NCBI GenBank assembly: GCA_051362555.1
Contig: CM120649.1
Span: forward strand, 18,614,567-18,678,566
Direction of reading: 5' to 3'
DNA length: 64,000 nt
Source of the DNA: Lingula anatina
Lineage: Eukaryota; Animalia; Brachiopoda
In this document: piece after piece, positions 13,750 to 25,572 of the stretch
Numbering within the stretch: the first letter of the stretch is position 1
How the letters are laid out: every line of letters begins with the position of its first letter
Notes under the pieces: generated by a model
Told to the model about the DNA's origin: nothing
Database searches by the model: none
The model's input: only the letters and a program-made list of their open reading frames with translations
Translations under genes and position numbers: made by a program

Positions 13750-14725
13750 GGCCACCCTTTTTTATTTTTATGGATGACATCCTCTGGGTACCCCAAAATC
13801 GGTGCGAGAGGGCGAAAAAAAAAAAAACAGTCCAAAAAAAAAAAAAAAACTGCTAAAGTAAAGGAATGCTGTCAGTACACAGCTGGAAACACAAATTTAA
13901 CCACAGAAACACGTATCAAACTAACAATATGTCTTTATCCATGCTCTCAAAATATTAAAGCATTGTGAATACTTCGTAGAAATGTAAAAAAAAAGTCATG
14001 AATTGATATACTTCATATTACCAAATCTATTTAAGGTTATTTCATGCATTCATTTGGTAAAGCAATCAATAAAACAAATATCAATCAAACAGTGCGTCTT
14101 TATTTGTATTCTCAGAATATTAAAACATTTTGAACACTTCACAGAAATGTTTAAAAAATGATGCAAAGATATGCTTAATACTACCAAATCTATTAAAGGT
14201 CATTTCAGACGATGCCATTTTGTCAACTTCAACTCACACGAAGCAGCTTAACTGTCAGGTGGCCTGTCCGTCCTTCAGCCCACCAAATACCTCGACGCCC
14301 TTGTCGACCCTTTTTTCGCTACAGAAAACCTGGTATTAATGTGCTGCTTTATACAGAATGTCACAGAAATGTTTCGGCCGCCTCCAGCCTTTCGCACAAT
14401 TGTAAAAAGGTGATATCTCCATGCCCAATATCAATGGCATACCAATCCAAAACGATGGCGCCCGTTCTCTTGATGACTTTTATTGTTGTGTAATTTGAAA
14501 GTAATCCTAGAGATGAATTTGACAGCAAAGTGGCCGCATTTCCACGTGGTGAAAATACGCATGCGCAGAAAGCTCATTTCCTTGCAAATTCAATAACAAC
14601 GTTTGCGACAACCGACTTCGTTGGGGGCTGGGGGGGGGGGGGCTTTTTTTTTTTTTTTTTTTGGAGAACGGGCGAAAATCCGTGCGCGCGCAGGATGTCA
14701 TCCATAAAATTAAAAAAGTGTGGCC
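13750..14725. mobile_element. PIF/Harbinger-like non-autonomous element, about 976 bp
   Basis: About 34-bp TIR GGCCAC(C/A)CTTTTTTA(T/A)TTTTATGGATGACATCCT, TSD TTA/TTA. Internal diverged direct repeat at 13931-14044 vs 14096-14207. Confidence 0.78.
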
Positions 14726-14777
14726 TTATAAGATGCCACTGGGTTGGTGTCAAAATGAAGGAATTATGTGATACATG

Positions 14778-15040
14778 TAGATACAATACGAGTCGCCGAG
14801 CTGTACGTGAAATATTACGAGTGTATTAGCGAGCCGCAGGCGAGACAATACACGAGTAATTTTCACGTACAGCTCGGCGACGAGTGTTGTATCTAGCTTA
14901 AACCACGGCCTCTGATTGGCTACTACACTAGTGAGGAATGGAAGTGCAACAGACCATGGAATGCACTCGTACATGATGTGCTTGTATGTCGCATACAGCA
15001 CTGCCTAGTCTTTTGTTCTCTGTGCTAGCCGTGGTTTAAA
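14778..15040. repeat. Hairpin-rich interspersed element
   Basis: About 50-bp imperfect stem at 14778-14895 (tagatacaa..gtcgccgagctgtacgtgaaa..gtgtatt and its reverse complement) with loop agcgagccgcaggcgagac. A second IR is ttaaaccacggc / gccgtggtttaa. Confidence 0.65.
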
Positions 15041-15044
15041 TGAT

Positions 15045-15147
15045 ACTAGTCCTAGGGTCAAATATGGGGACCTACTAACAGACACAGAATAGATATCCCA
15101 TGGGGAAGAATTCAAGGGGATCATCCATATTTGACCCTAGGACTAGT
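15045..15147. mobile_element. About 100-bp MITE-like inverted repeat
   Basis: Perfect 23-bp IR ACTAGTCCTAGGGTCAAATATGG / CCATATTTGACCCTAGGACTAGT. No clear TSD. Confidence 0.6.
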
Positions 15148-15185
15148 TAGTCTCCCTATTCTGAATGGGGCCTAGAAAACTTTAC

Positions 15186-15335
15186 CTAATAAAACCAGAG
15201 TTTTCCTCATAAAGGCCGGGAGCCTGACCACCTCCTCGTAAGTGACCAGGTCCAGTTGGTCAAAGATTGCATTGTGTTTGGCCAGGTATTTGTCTTTGTA
15301 ATGCTTCTTCTTACGGCTAAACCACGAGCAGTTGG
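15186..15335 (-). CDS. CASK: CASK HOOK region / start of GK exon
   Basis: acttcag|(A)[49 protein letters not shown](G)|gtaaag. 150 nt, phase 1/1. Confidence 0.96.
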
Positions 15336-15420
15336 CTGAAGTAGAGAGACAATGTTGTTTTGCATAAAAAGTGATGATTTAAGTAATATTATTAAAATTC
15401 AAAAATAACAAAATCTAACT

Positions 15421-15521
15421 AACATCTAATTTTTTTTCTGTCAGAAGATGGTCAAAAATGGAGAATGGAAAAGATAATTTGGAAATCTGTCCAAAAAAAA
15501 AATCTCTGGATCCGCCCCCTG
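15421..15521 (-). mobile_element. MITE family A, truncated copy in the short SH3-HOOK intron
   Basis: ...aagataatttggaa...atctctggatccgccccctg matches one half of family A and ends about 13 bp from the SH3 exon donor. Confidence 0.65.
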
Positions 15522-15534
15522 ATTTTCCCCTCAC

Positions 15535-15778
15535 CTTGTTCCTGTTTTGCCTTTTCAATGGCCAGGCATGCCGTCCTCCATTCCTGCAACTCTGGCGACG
15601 GGATCAGCCCGGCAGGGTCACTGGGTGCTGCGTTCCATTTGCGTGCCTGCCACCAGTTGTGGTCGTCTTTGCTGATCACTTGTAAGATGTCGCCTCGTCC
15701 AAAGGATATGCCAGCTTGCTGGCAGGGGATGAGTTCATCATCTACTGGGTTGTAATCAAAAAGGCACCGGACGTAAAT
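15535..15778 (-). CDS. CASK: CASK SH3-domain exon
   Basis: cctttcag|[81 protein letters not shown]|gtgagg. 244 nt, phase 0/1. Confidence 0.97.
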
Positions 15779-17294
15779 CTGAAAGGCAAATGGAGGCCAG
15801 TGGTAGGTTATAATGATGATGGAATGGAGAAGGGTGATTTCATTCTGTGAAGATCTGTTGTTTTAGGGTAGGATATCTGCCATATTTATGTCATTTATTC
15901 CAACATTTTTCTTTAGTTTATCTATTCACCAAAGGAAAAAAATACAAATAAAAGTACATTTTTTTCAAAGCTATGTTAAGTTCAATCACATAAATGTTAT
16001 AAATTGTGGACATTTTGTATAAATATTGCACATTGTCTTTTTCATATGTGTCAATTAGGATTGAGACTCTCAAAAATGATGTTCTTTTTAACTTGAATAT
16101 CAGAAATAAAATGTCTGGTATAACGTCAATTATGATGAAACATATGCAACTCACAAACCTCAAATAACAAAATGGACCCAACCATTTGCAACTCATTTAT
16201 ATTGACAAGGAAGAACCCACTTCTCTTTATAGGGGGTATGAACACATATAAATGCTACAGTACTTGGAAAAAAGTGTTAATTTAGAACAGAAAAAAACGT
16301 GAATAAAAAGGGCAAGAATTATTAACTAAATAAGATAAAAACACCAAGTAGAAGGAGATCCAGCCCCTATCCAGTCCCCAGTTAAATGTTATACACGAAG
16401 CAAAACACTGCTACCATCAAAAGAAACAAATAGAGTCTCAAAGAGTGGATTAACATTATTCAACTAAGAAGGCCATTTATTGTTAAGAAGAAAATAGCAA
16501 TACATGTAGTTGAGGTCATTCCAAAGTTGACCTTCTGTACTGAGAGACGACAAACATCAAAAGTTGGAACCAAATTAATCGCACATTTAGATGGAAGAGC
16601 GAGAGAAAAGTTTTGTCAGTGGTACCATAACACACACATAAATCTATTTTTTAAATTACAATCCCAGAATTTAGGCTTATTTATGCAGCATTATATCAGA
16701 TGAAAGGAACTTTTCTGCCTTTTAAACATATAGACACATGACAGTATCAACTGCAAATACAAATTACAATAAATAAATAAGTAGATAAATAAATAAAAAC
16801 CCATAAATAAGTAAATAAAGCAGTTTTAGCAGTTAATAAAGACTTGACAGGGTCAGCCAAAACTCCTATTTAAGAAATCTGAAAAGTCACACGACAAAAA
16901 ATTGTTAAACTATCACAGACCAGAATTGGACAATTAAGGTATTTACTTAAATAGGATACTATTATTAAAGACCTTTACCAGTTGCATAGCTTAATTGCCT
17001 TAATGATGAAAAATCTTCCTCATCTCACGATTAAGGAGAAATGCCCATGGTAATATTAGCATAATTTCTGGGGTATTTATAACTCATATTTTGCTTTCCT
17101 TCTCAACATGGCCAATGATTATCATATTTGTATAGAACATGGATTTCATATTTATAACCTTCAGGGCAATGTGTAATAGCTATCTCTATTGCTTTATAGA
17201 ATAAAAAATTTATAAGGATAATTATATCAGTTTATTAAGGGGTAAAATCTGTTATCTTTTGGGTTTTGAATTAGTGTTATATCACAGTAACTTC

Positions 17295-17507
17295 AAGAGC
17301 ACTGCATCATAATTATTCATAGCTAAGGGGTATTATGTCAATTATTAACGGAGCATCACACCATACTTTTATATAGAGCATTATATCATTGTTATTCACA
17401 GAGCATTACACTATAGTTACTTATAGAGCATTATATCAGTTATTTATAGAGCATTAAATCAAAGCTATTTATAGAGCATTACATCATAGCTATTTATAGG
17501 GTATTAC
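17295..17507. repeat. Minisatellite, about 25-bp unit, about 8 copies
   Basis: Recurrent agagcatta(c/t)a(t/c)cata(g)(c/t)tatttat units that end at the 17508 exon donor. Confidence 0.8.
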
Positions 17508-17576
17508 CTCGCACTGGGTGGGTTGGTGCCGATAGCTAGGGACAATCTTCAACGTGACACTGCCATGTGAATCTCG
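17508..17576 (-). CDS. CASK: CASK PDZ C-terminal exon, canonical-like copy
   Basis: ttttattacag|RDSHGSVTLKIVPSYRHQPTQCE|gtaata. 69 nt, phase 0/0. Matches the CASK 'GSxTxKIVPSYR' last PDZ strand. Confidence 0.93.
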
Positions 17577-18152
17577 CTGTAATAAAACGACAGCAAACCA
17601 AGGTGATATAAGAAATTAATAAGAAAAACAAACAAACAACAAACAAAAGCCACCACATGCTGTTACGCCACAGAGGACACTGGAAGAGAAACAAGCGACA
17701 CGTGCCAGGTGTGAGAGAGTGAAGGAGGGCCAGCAAGGATTTCTGAACTTTTGAAATGAAAATTAAGCAACTGGTAGGTGCAAAGATTAATCGGAAACAA
17801 AATTAATACATTTGGAGGTCCTCTTTTGGAGGGCCCCATGAATTTTGTCGTACTAAATGGTTCAGAAAACAAATCAAATGTTTCAAACAATTCAATTATA
17901 ATTATAAAATAATAAATATTTGAAATACTTTTTGACCAAAAAAGTATATATACATCCTGTAGCTCAGAAAACCTGTAGCCCTCCTTTAATTCTCACCTGT
18001 GCCACACAAAAGCACCCCATAATTGACATGCTATGACGTGCACCTCTTAGGAAGGGATGGAAGGGGCCCATCTCTACCCCTCCCCCCTAAAAAAATCACA
18101 TCTTGACAGACTACCACAGTCATGCCTGTATGCGGTTGCCATGGAAACCTAC

Positions 18153-18248
18153 CTCTGCAATGAGTGGCGAATTATCCGCTATACTTTCATAAAAGCAGCG
18201 ATCATTTGAAGCAACTACTGTCATTACTACATCACCATGCAAATTCCT
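18153..18248 (-). CDS. CASK: CASK PDZ C-terminal exon, divergent duplicate (likely mutually exclusive with 17508-17576)
   Basis: tgttttccccag|RNLHGDVVMTVVASNDRCFYESIADNSPLIAE|gtaggt. 96 nt, open, phase 0/0. RNLHGDVVMTVVAS aligns without gaps to RDSHGSVTLKIVPS, and both exons end in E (GAG|gta). Confidence 0.75.
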
Positions 18249-19604
18249 CTGGGGAAAACAAACAGATCATAGATGTATAGGCAATACTTTGTACATAACA
18301 TTCTCAGCCTGATACTCTACAATTTCAATCAATAACTGTTAACAATTCAGAATTTAAAGAAGCAAACTATTTCACTTGGATCAAGTTTTGTTTTTCAGTC
18401 TGACTCAATGGACATTCTGACTTTTTTGTATCTTTTATTGTCTGTTTGTTCTTAATTCATCCAAGAATTTCAATAACTTAAAAGGTGAATCATTTGGAAT
18501 TTCTCATTTTTTCAAAACTATTTCAAACAATTGTATCATAAGTTCTGTTTTTGGTTTCGCTAAAGTACAAAATCTGCTGCATTTCTTGCAATGTTTAGTA
18601 ACATTATTAACAAGATAATATCATGTCCATTCAACAAGTCAAGCCATGCAAACCTGAAACAAACAGACAAAAACATTAACCAGATCATTTTATCAATATT
18701 TTTACTGGACCTGAAATAAAATGACATATTTGTGCAAAACAATCTATTAGTGATATATATGCATTCTCAATCTTAACATGCAAAATCCGAACCCTCTGAA
18801 AACATGCAGTTCTAACATCAGAGATGCTGTTTTCTATTTTTGACGGGCCAAAACAAAATTTTGAACTAGATTCCAAATAAGGGCTGTTCAAATATGGAAA
18901 AAATCCAAAAATCCAATCTTTTCAAATAAACTTTAGTATGTATGCATTGAACCAATTCCGGCACATGGATAATACAATGTTACAAAGAAAGCTTTTTTCG
19001 TTTAAGCCAAATGTCTACAAATCAAATCAAATCTGAAGCCAAATCTATGACGAGTTGACAATTAAAAAATGTAAAAATCATGTTTATTTCAGTATTATTT
19101 GAACACCAGTAGCTTCTAGCTATCAAAATGAAAAATTTAAGGAAAACTTTAAATGTTTCTATGGTTTTAACTGAGAAGAAGATGCAATTGTGATTCAATC
19201 TGCGAAGCTCCAGTAAGAGATCGATGCGATATTACATTTCCATCGTTACCATGGTAACTCCTAGCCATTGGGTGAAATCTTCATACATGCTTACAAAAGC
19301 TAGCACATGCCAAAAGAAGTTCACGTTGAAATAGAGAGAGATATTGGTTGCCAACTGAACCCATATACCCTGTGCAGTATTCTAGATTGATTGACACCAC
19401 TTTCTGTTGTTCTATTCCTTACATTCATGTTAATAATTAAGTAATCACAAAAATATTTTTCTAGCCACAAATGTACGGGTTATGAGTACTGCAATGCTGG
19501 CAACCCTGCAGAATAAAATGCACACTATATATGCAACATACTGAATTAAGCATCAAATGCAAGACCTGCATCTCAGTAACAATTTATAGTCCAAACAAAT
19601 TTTA

Positions 19605-19829
19605 GAGAGCATTCCCATAGATTTTTAGATCAATCTATCCCCGTGGGGAGTCTCACTAGATTGTTGTCAGCCTGACCGGCTTAAATGTCTGTCCCGCCTA
19701 CTAAAAGCTGTAAGGGGGTAATTAACTTTTGTGCGTGCTTGGCTCTCGGAACCTGACAGCAATTTAGCATGAACACCCAAGGAGTTAGGTCGATCCGGAT
19801 AGATCGATCTAAATCTATGGGAACCAGTC
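19605..19829 (+). mobile_element. MITE family B (PIF/Harbinger-like)
   Basis: Ends cattcccatagattt..gatc / gatctaaatctatgggaa, TSD TTA/TTA. Highly similar to 27027 and 58348. Confidence 0.82.
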
Positions 19830-20333
19830 TTAGATTTCATCAACCAAAATGCTCCACCGAAATCCTGTCACTTAAAACATACCATGAAAACTTTAAACAT
19901 TTGAAAGTTCTATTTTTATCATTTTTAATCCATGAAACTTTTTTTTTTCCGCATTGAAAAGTATTCACAAGTAAAAATAAGTTTTGTATTCTTCATCCTA
20001 TTCATTCCAAGTCCAATGGAGTGATGGCTTCCTTCAACCACAGGCATGTTTATAACTGAATCAAGTTAAGACCAAACGTCCTGCTTCATAAAATAAGTTA
20101 AGTATGAAAATAGGTCCAAACCTGCTGATCAGCCCAAGACAAACCAGTTTTTCATTTTTGTTGCTACCAGTCAATAGGGTTGTTCAAATTCAAAGGATTT
20201 TATGACATGGAAAAAATACAGCTTCATTTGGTAAAATCCACGAGTCATTACCATACCCAGTACCAAACTGAAGCTTGATCCAGTTATGAAGACACCTGTT
20301 GTTTCCAGTATTATAAAACTTTAAGGTACCCAC

Positions 20334-20419
20334 CAGTAGTCTCTGTAAGTGCTCTATTTGCTGGTTGGCCACACTGATCCCATTAATTTCTCTTATTTCA
20401 TCTCCGACGTGCAGAGTTC
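20334..20419 (-). CDS. CASK: CASK PDZ middle exon
   Basis: gggttcag|(G)[28 protein letters not shown]|gtgggt. 86 nt, phase 1/0. Confidence 0.96.
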
Positions 20420-20887
20420 CTGAACCCAAAATATAATAAAGTCAAATAAGGTAATCTACTGGTCCACCAAAAATACAAAAAACATAAATTTGTATTCCTA
20501 TTGTTTGATTGCAATATATCTGTATTAATAATAGAAAAAGAAAGTAATCCTCATTGTGTTAAAAAAAGACTTACCCTGAAAAATCAAAATCACCAAAACA
20601 TTTTGACTTCAAATAACTCAGTACATACTAATCTAATAACTATATTCAGTAACATATCAATACATTAATCTCAATTTTTAAAAATAGGTTTTGGCCTTTT
20701 TTCTTGTATGATCCTGATCCAATATCTTTTAACCTCGGACTTTGCTATGCATAGCACTGCCATGAAGAGAAATAAATTGATATGTAGTCTCTGTATAATG
20801 TTTCTCAAATATCTGCCGCCATCTTCAATCTATAAACGACTGAATTCCATCTGACCTTGACCCAATTTTATCTGACCTTGTCCTCAC

Positions 20888-20966
20888 CTTGCCTGTGTAT
20901 CATACCACCATGTAGTATACGGCTCACCATACATCTGCCATCATCTAATCTTTTTAATGTGATGCC
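20888..20966 (-). CDS. CASK: CASK PDZ N-terminal alternative exon (downstream copy)
   Basis: cctgtctag|[26 protein letters not shown](G)|gtgagg. 79 nt, phase 0/1. Confidence 0.92.
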
Positions 20967-21308
20967 CTAGACAGGAATATGTAACGGTCAAAATTTACCA
21001 AAAGAACTAAAACTTATTATATAGTTGTTGATAGCGTAACCATGACAAAGAGACAGCCAATCAAAACCAAGCTTTCAAGGGTGCATGTAAAAGTAGTGTT
21101 AATATAAGAACACTGATGAATGGGATAAATTCACAAGACACAAAACTTGAAGCTATCGCTAATTTCACTCAAACCACATCCTGTAAGGTCCCACAGATAA
21201 AGTAAAGGTAAAAAGGTGCTCAGAAAATAAAGAGGGATGAAGTCCATGCAGATGAGCAAATTTGATTGGCTGTTTCCCCTGGTTACCTGTCCCATGTTCT
21301 CCACCCAC

Positions 21309-21387
21309 CTTGCCGGTCAACCATGCCGCCATGCAAAATGCGTGCTACAACACATCGTCCATGCTCATTTATTTTCAGAGTGATGCC
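21309..21387 (-). CDS. CASK: CASK PDZ N-terminal alternative exon (upstream copy)
   Basis: ttttcacacag|[26 protein letters not shown](G)|gtgggt. 79 nt, phase 0/1, same length as 20888-20966. Confidence 0.92.
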
Positions 21388-21770
21388 CTGTGTGAAAATA
21401 ACACAACAAAATAAAGAACACGAAAAGTTCAAAGCAGGTGCAAGCTATAGATTTTTTTTTTTTTACTTTGGCTAAAGACAAACTGCAAAACTATAGTCAA
21501 CTAAATTAGTAAATGAAAATCCAATTAAACCAATCTAGGGCCATTTCAAAGACTAAAAGAGAATATATGATGTAATAAATACTAAAAATAACATTTTTAT
21601 GTAGCACCAGTTCAACTAAGGCCTGATACAGAGTTTCAGCACACTGCACTATTAATGTGGACATATGAATCCAAGAATTTGAGAATAAAATTTGCTGAAT
21701 ATTCTCAGTTTATAAATGATTAAGTGGAAATGTTGATCTAAAGGACTTTGTGATGATAAACCCTGGAGGT

Positions 21771-21938
21771 CAGGGGCGAATTTAGGTCGTCTTCTGGGTC
21801 TTCCGGAAGACGGCTAGATTTTCAAGTTAACAATGTCAGGCATCTAATATTTTCTGTCGGAAGACGGTCGAAAATGGAGAATGGATCAACAAAGATAATT
21901 TGGAAGACTGTCAGAAAATATCTCTGGATCCGCCCCTG
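21771..21938 (-). mobile_element. MITE family A, copy 2 (inverted)
   Basis: Same internal sequence in reverse orientation. TSD GAGGT on both sides. Confidence 0.88.
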
Positions 21939-22674
21939 GAGGTGACAGTGAAGGAAATATATACTGGTGATTACACAAGAAAGTTATGTTTATTAATACA
22001 CTTAAAGTAATGTAACACAGTAGGTTGCATAAGTGTCTAAAGGGAATATCTATAATCAAGCGGTAAAATTGCAAAATGGTGTTTTTTCTTTCTATAAGAA
22101 ATAGAAAAGGGCTACTCAAAGGTGCTACTGTTTGAATTAATGAATAAAATGCAAACACAACCACATCAATACTGAACAAGAAAAGAATGATGGAAAAACC
22201 TAAATACTGCAAAACAAATCGTATATATATAATTTCAAAATATATATTTTAAAATGTTGAATTAAAACAACTTATCACTTTGATTACTTACATATGTTAA
22301 TAACTTACAATGCTCAATATTGGTTTTATATCAAAATTCACTGCATTTTATGTAAAATAAACTTTACTTCTGTGATATATTTGGATGAAATTAAAATCTA
22401 CTCCGTCTACTGTTTCATAAAAGTTCTAAATATGTATTTTTATACTTCATTCTGTATCTTCATATCACTCCCATAATCCTAAACAGCATATCAGACTTGT
22501 ACAACATCATTTTATTTATACAGCATCATTAATTACCATAATTTTCACCAGTATTATATGCATTTAATTTTTGATTATCTATTTAAATATTTCATTATAT
22601 ATGTATATTATCTTACTTTCTTTGAGTGAATAAAGTTATTAAAAAAAATCATTTTATTTAGAAAGAAATCTCAC

Positions 22675-22869
22675 CATAGCCTCATCAGCAGCTTTTTGGA
22701 ACTGTACCAGACGAACCCTCGTCACATTCTCCATCTCTCCGTCAAATTGAGGCGCCACATCAGCATCTGTGTCTCCGTTCAGGTACGGCATCAGCGGAGG
22801 CGGCGTCACGCGAATGGCGTCTTCCCCATAGACCTCGTGCGCCACTACGTCATGGGTTTGCAGTAATGC
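22675..22869 (-). CDS. CASK: CASK exon: end of second L27, linker and first PDZ strand
   Basis: cactttcag|[65 protein letters not shown]|gtgaga. 195 nt, phase 0/0. Confidence 0.97.
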
Positions 22870-24514
22870 CTGAAAGTGGGCGTTCACAAACTTAATTTGT
22901 GAGTTGGAGAAAATTGCCCTTTTCATGAGGAAAATTCATTTTGGTGGGTCAATCCTGTATCCAGTACCTTACAGGGCAGAGATTCGGTCGTAATTTTAAG
23001 ACCCAAAAATTTGGGCATGCATGAATTCAGGATATATCCATGGAGATCCACTAAAGTAAAGGTAGCTATTAGTTTGTCCCTTTTTTATGAAACAAAAAAG
23101 AAAAAAAAAACTAAATAAATATATAAATTTTTAAAAATGATAAATTCCTCCTATCAGAAGACCTGCATTTCATCCATAATTCAATAAACTCACTACATGC
23201 ACTACCTGTAGTCTATAACAATTGAGAGAAGAGTGAAGAGAGAACAAAAAGGTAATAATACCAACTCTACCCTAAATCTTCCACGAGGCTTCTGCCTACT
23301 TCCAGATTTCTGTGGATATTCAATGCAGATTTTTTTCGCTTCCTTTCAGGCCTTTCTCCTCACTGCACTATAAAACGGTACAACTGGATATACTACTTTT
23401 TAGTACAGTTTATGGATAATTCTAGTAAATTCTACGACTATCAGGAGAGTCCAGATATGCCTTTCATGTCCATTATCCCAGGCAAACAAGGAACCCAATT
23501 TCCCTAACTGTTCATGTTCATCTGTAAAAATGATCAATATGACAATCAGATTAAATTGATTTCTTGTCATCCTTACAGTAAATGTGGCCAATAAAATAGT
23601 TTACCCAAGGCAATGGAGAGCAGGGGGGAGAGGGGGGCTTGCTTGTCCTGTCTTCAAAGGTATCTGCCCTTCTCCATGCCCAAATACATAACGTGCAAAA
23701 TAAAACAATTTTTAACCGAACACTTTTCCTACCACTGAGCCCAACATATGTTACATGAAAAAGGCTTAATTTATACAGTAGTCTCTGGCAAACAGACAAA
23801 CAGACACCAGAAGCTTTTTTAAATAGCAATAAGGTGTTTTTTTTTCCTTTGAAGAAGCATTACCTGTGTCTAGATGACTTCATCCCTGTATAACTACCAA
23901 TAAACTGCTCCATACATCCATCCAAATCTATACAGCCACTCAGAGAGAACTTGTGAATAAATTTCTCCAAATGATCATGATCAAATGTGGTAAGCTTTCT
24001 TGGCATCCAAACCTCTTACTGTCACACTAAAACTTCTTTTTAGGTCAACTTCAAAGAAACATTTACGACCCTTCCATCAATCATGTAACAAGCTTCTATT
24101 TTTTTCCTTTTTTTCTTTGCTTGCATGTGTTTATTAACACAGCGCAAAAAGTTAACAGCTATCTTCTAATGGCAGTGTTATTTCAGAATGGCTACCTTAA
24201 CATCTAAAACTACCACTTTTATGCTCCTTAAATGTGGCAATCAGTTAAAAAATAAGGTACACATGAAATATCTGGCGGTCTGAAAGCATACCAGTGAACG
24301 TACATATATTCTCCATAAACTTAATTGAGAATATATGGGGAACACCTGTCCACGGTCCCTCTTATACAAACTGCACTCTTACCTGGAGGTTTCTAGGAAC
24401 TAGTTAACATACTGCAGACTGTAACCTTAATATACTGGTGATGACCAGGCACTATATAGAGTATACACAAATACACTGAATGCCTAAGAATATGATAACT
24501 GTTCTAGTGTCTAA

Positions 24515-24765
24515 GACCCCATTCCCATAGACACCATCAGCCTATGTAGATCAATCCAACTCTGCAGGGACTCTCACTGAGTGCAATCAGCTTAACTGAA
24601 TGACACGTCTCCATGGTTTCCAACATACTCGTATAATTACAAGCTTTTCTGTATTTTACATAATGCCAGAAGAGGGTGTGTTAATTGCTAAACTGCTTGC
24701 ATTCAGCCAGAGCTCCTGCGGAGTTGGATCGTACGTGGACCGATGGCGTCTATGGGAATGGCGCC
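24515..24765 (+). mobile_element. MITE family B-related subfamily
   Basis: gaccccattcccatagacaccatc / gatggcgtctatgggaatggcgcc, TSD TAA/TAA. Confidence 0.75.
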
Positions 24766-25110
24766 TAAAAACATAATAACTACTCTATGCCTTATTCATG
24801 CCTTACGTCTACTTTCCTGTGTATCTCAGAATTCACCAGCAATAAACAGTCCTAGAGACACAAATATTGGCTGAAGTAAACAATGATCAATAGTTCTGGC
24901 TCCAACAGTCCAGGGGTTGAGCAGCCAGGAGTAGTGTCTTGCTAACAAGTGACGCATGCTTACCCTGGAAATCGTTATACTCCTTCCAATAAACTTCTAT
25001 TAACTGTTACAGCACTCGGGGATTTAGAGAGAAAGATTCATAATTCTTATACTAATTGCATAAATTCTGACCGGTAATCGGGGAAGATCTGTTGCTAGCA
25101 ATGTTCAAGT

Positions 25111-25248
25111 TGAGAGAGAGAAAGAGAGAGAGAGAGAGAGACAGAGAGAGAGAGAGAGAAAGAGAAAGAGAGAGAGAGAGAAAGAGAAAGAGAGAGAGAG
25201 AGAAAGAGAGAGAGAGAAAGTAGGGCAGTAAGAGGGATAGAGAGAGAG
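25111..25248. repeat. (GA)n/(GAAA) microsatellite
   Basis: Directly visible. Confidence 0.9.
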
Positions 25249-25536
25249 ATCCTTTTTCTGAAAAATGAACTTTTTTTATCCTCTCAGTTTACCCAATTTG
25301 AGAAATGGCATAGAACCTAAATCAAATCTTTCAAACCCCTCTACAACCGCTCTCTTCAGGCCTGAAGAGCACTGTATCTTGCTTGAAAATGGTTGGCGAT
25401 CCATAAGATTTGCACCTTTCAGGTTCTTTAATGGCATCAAGACCATGATAAATTAGGCAGTATGTCAATATATTTTGTGAAAGATTCTGTACTTGCACTG
25501 TAGAAAAGATACATATGCTAGCAATGCTTCCCTGGG

Positions 25537-25572
<36 letters not shown>

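Noticed and set aside
24345-24360. ctgtccacggtccc resembling an RE1/NRSE half-site
   Set aside because: Only a partial match with the other half missing, so it cannot be told apart from chance.
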